Shown here: positions 60,583 to 64,000 of the stretch, one piece after another
Layout: every line of letters starts with the position of its first letter
Numbering within the stretch: position 1 is the stretch's first letter
Origin: an uncultured Verrucomicrobiae bacterium
GTDB lineage: Bacteria > Verrucomicrobiota > Verrucomicrobiia > Chthoniobacterales > JAFAMB01
Assembly: GCA_963813025.1 (NCBI GenBank)
Contig: CAWEXO010000005.1
Coordinates: 128,001 to 192,000, forward strand
DNA length: 64,000 bases
Direction: 5' to 3'
Translations under genes and position numbers: made by a program
The notes under the pieces: generated by a model
Databases searched by the model: none
What the model saw: the letters and a program-made list of their open reading frames with translations, nothing else
What the model was told of the DNA's origin: nothing

Positions 60583-60842
60583 GGTAGGGACGAGCTCCGC
60601 TCGTCCGAATGGCGAGATCCACCTGCGCTCAAATGGTCAAGCAGGAATTTGACCGGAGTTTGACCCTGCCGCCTCAGGTGTTGCGGGACAATCTCTTTAT
60701 TCGAACCTCCGGCGGGAACTCGTTTGAGCCGCACACAGGGGGTGTGCCACACCTCCACGACGGCTCAAACAAGTTCTCGCTGACGCTCGAATGAATTTTC
60801 GCCCTACCAGCACAGAGCCCAGGAATGTTCCGAGGCGCTCTC
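60583..60842. repeat. Composite REP cluster containing an empty IS110 target site
   Basis: GTAGGGACGAGCTCCGCTCGTCC hairpin plus ...gaattttcGccctaccagcacagagccc matching the IS110 flanks. Confidence 0.85.
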
Positions 60843-60883
60843 TGAATTCTCCCCGACCGACGCGAAACGTGAAACGTGAAACC

Positions 60884-61969
60884 CTATGCCGCCCCCGTCA
60901 CGGTCTCGGCACGATTGATCGCATCAATCAACTGACGGATCCGTCCAAAGTTTCCTCGGTGGGGAATCCCTACTATTCGCGACAATCGGTTCAGCTCCGG
61001 CTCATTCTGTTCCTGTTTCAGCGGCGGCGACGCGCGGAACGGACCCTTGCCTGCGAGGTCACCAAATTCACGGTTAAGGTCATCGAGAGCTCCCGCCGTA
61101 AGCTGCTCCTGAAGCCGGATCACCAGACGGTCGCCGACCCACCGGTAGGAGTGAAAGTTCCGATAGAATTGGATAATCTCCGCGACGGCCTGCTCCACAT
61201 TTTCGGTCACCCGGAAAAGGCAAAGGTCCGCCGGTGAAATCAATTCGGCGCCAAGCAGGTGCCGGGTGAGAAATTCGTGCCAGGTTTTCCAATAGGTACC
61301 GCCTTCCTGGTCCACCAGAACCATCGGAATGATTCTGGATTTCCCGGTTTGCATCAGCGTCAGGCATTCAAACCCTTCGTCCATGGTGCCGAACCCTCCC
61401 GGAAAAAGCGCGATCGCATGCGTCTCTTTGACGAAATTGACCTTGCGCGTGAAGAAATAGTTAAAATTCACGAGTTTTGGGTCGCCATTGATAATTTCAT
61501 TTGCCCGCTGCTCGAATGGCAGGCGGATATTCAATCCAAAGCTGTGCTCTCGTTCAGCCCCTTTTTGGGCAGCCCCCATGATACCGTCTCCGCCCCCGGT
61601 GATAATCATATAGCCGTGCTCGCGAATCAGGCGGGCGAATCGTTCGGCCGCCGAAAATGCCGGTTGACCGGCGGAGGTCCGGGCTGAGCCAAAGATCGCT
61701 ATCTTTCGGATACCTTGGTAGGGAGCAAAAGCCTTGGCCGCTGCCCGCAATTCCTTCAACGACCGATTGATCATCTTCAGATCCGGCACGGGCACAGCAT
61801 CGCTTCCCATCCGCAGCGCGGTCACGATCATCTCGGCAATAAGCTCGGGCGACTGCCGGACGCCCCAGTCAGACACCAACTCCTGGATCCGCCGATCGAA
61901 TTCAGGATCGCCCGAAGAGGCAAAGGACGTCTGGAGAGCATGGATACCGCCCGCGGTAAAATCTTGCAC
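60884..61969 (-). CDS. LOG family (TIGR00730) protein
   Basis: IFGSART, TGGGDGIM, FFTRK, PGGFGTMDE. Confidence 0.9.
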   Translation of the reverse strand: MQDFTAGGIHALQTSFASSGDPEFDRRIQELVSDWGVRQSPELIAEMIVTALRMGSDAVPVPDLKMINRSLKELRAAAKAFAPYQGIRKIAIFGSARTSAGQPAFSAAERFARLIREHGYMIITGGGDGIMGAAQKGAEREHSFGLNIRLPFEQRANEIINGDPKLVNFNYFFTRKVNFVKETHAIALFPGGFGTMDEGFECLTLMQTGKSRIIPMVLVDQEGGTYWKTWHEFLTRHLLGAELISPADLCLFRVTENVEQAVAEIIQFYRNFHSYRWVGDRLVIRLQEQLTAGALDDLNREFGDLAGKGPFRASPPLKQEQNEPELNRLSRIVGIPHRGNFGRIRQLIDAINRAETVTGAA

Positions 61970-62261
61970 AACTTGATCTAAAACGGCTCCTCACTGATTG
62001 CATTAAGAAAAAGGTTGAGCGGGCCTGCATCGCTTTATCCGGCCTGAGCCGAAAGGAGCCCCGGCTCGGAGGGTTGAAGCGGCACGGGTCCATCCGGCGG
62101 CGCTGCTTGTCGGTCGCGCAGGAATTCACGCTATTCTCCCTCCGCGCGCCTTGCCACTGGACTCGTGGCGCTTCAACCGTGCTCCCGCTACACTAAACAG
62201 TGCCCTAGTCGGTTGCGATTTGTCGTTCGGCTCAATCCGTGCTAATGCCTCGGTTCCTTTC

Positions 62262-63281
62262 ATGATTGTCATATTAAAGCCGAACAGTCCGCCGGATAAA
62301 ATTGACGAGGTCATCCAGGAGGTCGCCAAGCTCGGGTACACCCCCCATCCGATCCGCGGCGAACTGCAGACGGTCGTTGCGGCGATCGGGGATGAGAGAA
62401 CCCATCACACCCTGGAATCGCTTACCGTGCTCCCGCAGGTCGAACGGGTATTGCGCGTGCAGAAGCGGTTCAAGCTGGCCAGCCGTGAGTCGCGAACGGA
62501 GGGAACGGTTGTCGATGTCGATGGATTATTGATCGGCGGAGACAGTTTTGTAGTGATGGCCGGCCCGTGCAGTGTGGAATCCGAAGAACAGCTTCTGACG
62601 ACCGCTCGTGCGGTCAAAGCTGGAGGCGCCACCGTTCTCCGCGGCGGAGCTTACAAACCGCGGACCTCGCCGTATGAATTCCAGGGCCTCGGGAAGGAAG
62701 GCTTGCGCCTCCTGGAATGCGCGAAGCGAGAGACCGGCTTAAAAATCATTACCGAAGTGTTGAGCGAACGCGACGTCGAGCATGTCGCGGAAACGGCTGA
62801 TATTTTGCAGATCGGCGCCCGTAATTCACAGAATTTCCAATTGCTCGTCGAGTGCGCCCGATCTCGGAAGCCGGTCCTGCTGAAGCGCGGCATGAGCGAG
62901 CGGATCGAGGAGTGGCTGCTGGCGGCGGAGTACCTGCTGGCGAATGGCAATCCGAATGTGCTGCTTTGCGAGCGGGGCATTCGCACGTTCGAGAATTATA
63001 CTCGAAACACACTGGATCTCTCCGCCGTGGCGATTGCCAAGAGAGAGTCGCACCTGCCGGTCATTGTCGATCCGAGCCAGGGTTGCGGCCGGGCTGATCT
63101 CGTAAAGGTTCTTTGCCGTGGCGCCATCGCCGTCGGGGCGGATGGGCTGTTGGTGGAGGTCCACCCGAATCCGGCCGAAGCGTTGAGCGACGGCCAACAG
63201 CAAATAGATTTCCAGCTCTTTGCTGAGTTGGTCGACGAATCGATGCCTTTTCTGAATGCCGCCGGTCGAAAAATCGTCTAG
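62262..63281 (+). CDS. aroF: DAHP synthase (type I-beta with ferredoxin-like N-terminus)
   Basis: AGPCSVES, RGGAYKPRTS, IGARN, LKRG, CERG. Confidence 0.93.
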   Translation: MIVILKPNSPPDKIDEVIQEVAKLGYTPHPIRGELQTVVAAIGDERTHHTLESLTVLPQVERVLRVQKRFKLASRESRTEGTVVDVDGLLIGGDSFVVMAGPCSVESEEQLLTTARAVKAGGATVLRGGAYKPRTSPYEFQGLGKEGLRLLECAKRETGLKIITEVLSERDVEHVAETADILQIGARNSQNFQLLVECARSRKPVLLKRGMSERIEEWLLAAEYLLANGNPNVLLCERGIRTFENYTRNTLDLSAVAIAKRESHLPVIVDPSQGCGRADLVKVLCRGAIAVGADGLLVEVHPNPAEALSDGQQQIDFQLFAELVDESMPFLNAAGRKIV

Positions 63282-63427
63282 TTGAATGGATTAACCCCTC
63301 ATCGAGCGTTTCCGCGGAGCAGGCATCCGCAAAGCGGCGAACTTTCGAAGAACTTGCGACCAGAACCGCTGGATTGCTAAAACAGGCGCACATTGCTGAA
63401 TCACTCCCGATTTCCAGACCAGCATTC

Positions 63428-64000
63428 ATGGATCAGCCCTATGACGTTGCAATAATCGGCGGAGGCCCCGCCGGAAGTACTGCCGGGACCTTTCTAGCCA
63501 GGAAGGGCCGGCGCGTCATCATCCTCGAAAAAGAGACGTTTCCTCGGTTTCGCGTTGGCGAATCGACTCTTCCGGCGATCAATGATATCCTCGAACGACT
63601 CGGGGTCAGGTCGAAAATTGATCAGGGCGGGTTCCTGATAAAGTACGGTGGAGAGATCGTGTCGGCCTGTGGTTCAGCTCGGGCGCGTTTTTATTTCCGG
63701 GACGGCTGGCATTCCCGTCACGAAACGGCGTACCAGGTCGAGCGATCGAGGTTTGACCAGATTCTCCTGGAGCATGCCGTCGAGTCCGGTTGCGAACTGC
63801 GACAGCCCCTGACCGTGAGGAAGATCACGTTTACTCCAAACGAGGTCGCCCTGAGCAGCGATGGCGCGACGATCAAGGCTCGCTACATCATTGATTGCAC
63901 GGGTCGCAACAGCTTGATCGCTCATCATCTCAACCTGAGGCAGCCGTACCCTCATCTCCGCAAATTTTCCGTATTTGCCTTCTTCGACAATATGCGCTGC
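63428..64000 (+). CDS. FAD-dependent oxidoreductase/halogenase-like protein, 3' truncated by window edge
   Basis: Manual translation MDQPYDVAIIGGGPAGSTAG...EKETFPRFRVGESTLP. Confidence 0.85.
   Translation, partial: MDQPYDVAIIGGGPAGSTAGTFLARKGRRVIILEKETFPRFRVGESTLPAINDILERLGVRSKIDQGGFLIKYGGEIVSACGSARARFYFRDGWHSRHETAYQVERSRFDQILLEHAVESGCELRQPLTVRKITFTPNEVALSSDGATIKARYIIDCTGRNSLIAHHLNLRQPYPHLRKFSVFAFFDNMRC

Overview
64 kb of bacterial chromosome, probably Verrucomicrobiota/Chthoniobacterales-like (inferred from protein style and gene order, not tested). It holds housekeeping genes (prpE, phoH, hldA/rfaE1, gmhB, kdsB, pyrG, def, exbB/D-tonB, degP plus a two-component system, nadK, tlyA, acp, LOG, aroF), two sugar-catabolism/ABC regions (5.7-13.6 kb and 15.4-30.4 kb) and dense intergenic repeats. 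Main finding: an IS110-family element (13671-15354, minus strand) is inserted inside a GTAG-type REP repeat, and empty copies of that site occur in the same window (e.g. 60785-60842). Its 5' non-coding end folds into a bridge-RNA-like structure. One loop matches the REP target and the other matches the element's own circle junction, with product-matching 'handshake' bases and only one shared core base (G). A -35/17 bp/-10 promoter forms only when the element circularises. Second finding: a RAYT (TnpA-REP) locus that appears tandemly triplicated, with 15 REP copies, two internally deleted copies and a third deleted derivative 19 kb away. Also present: a frameshifted four-helix-bundle gene between ~70 bp inverted repeats, two MITE families, two inactivated VapC toxins and intergenic heptamer repeats. 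Several single-base frameshifts could be sequencing errors. All structures were read by eye; nothing was computed or searched.
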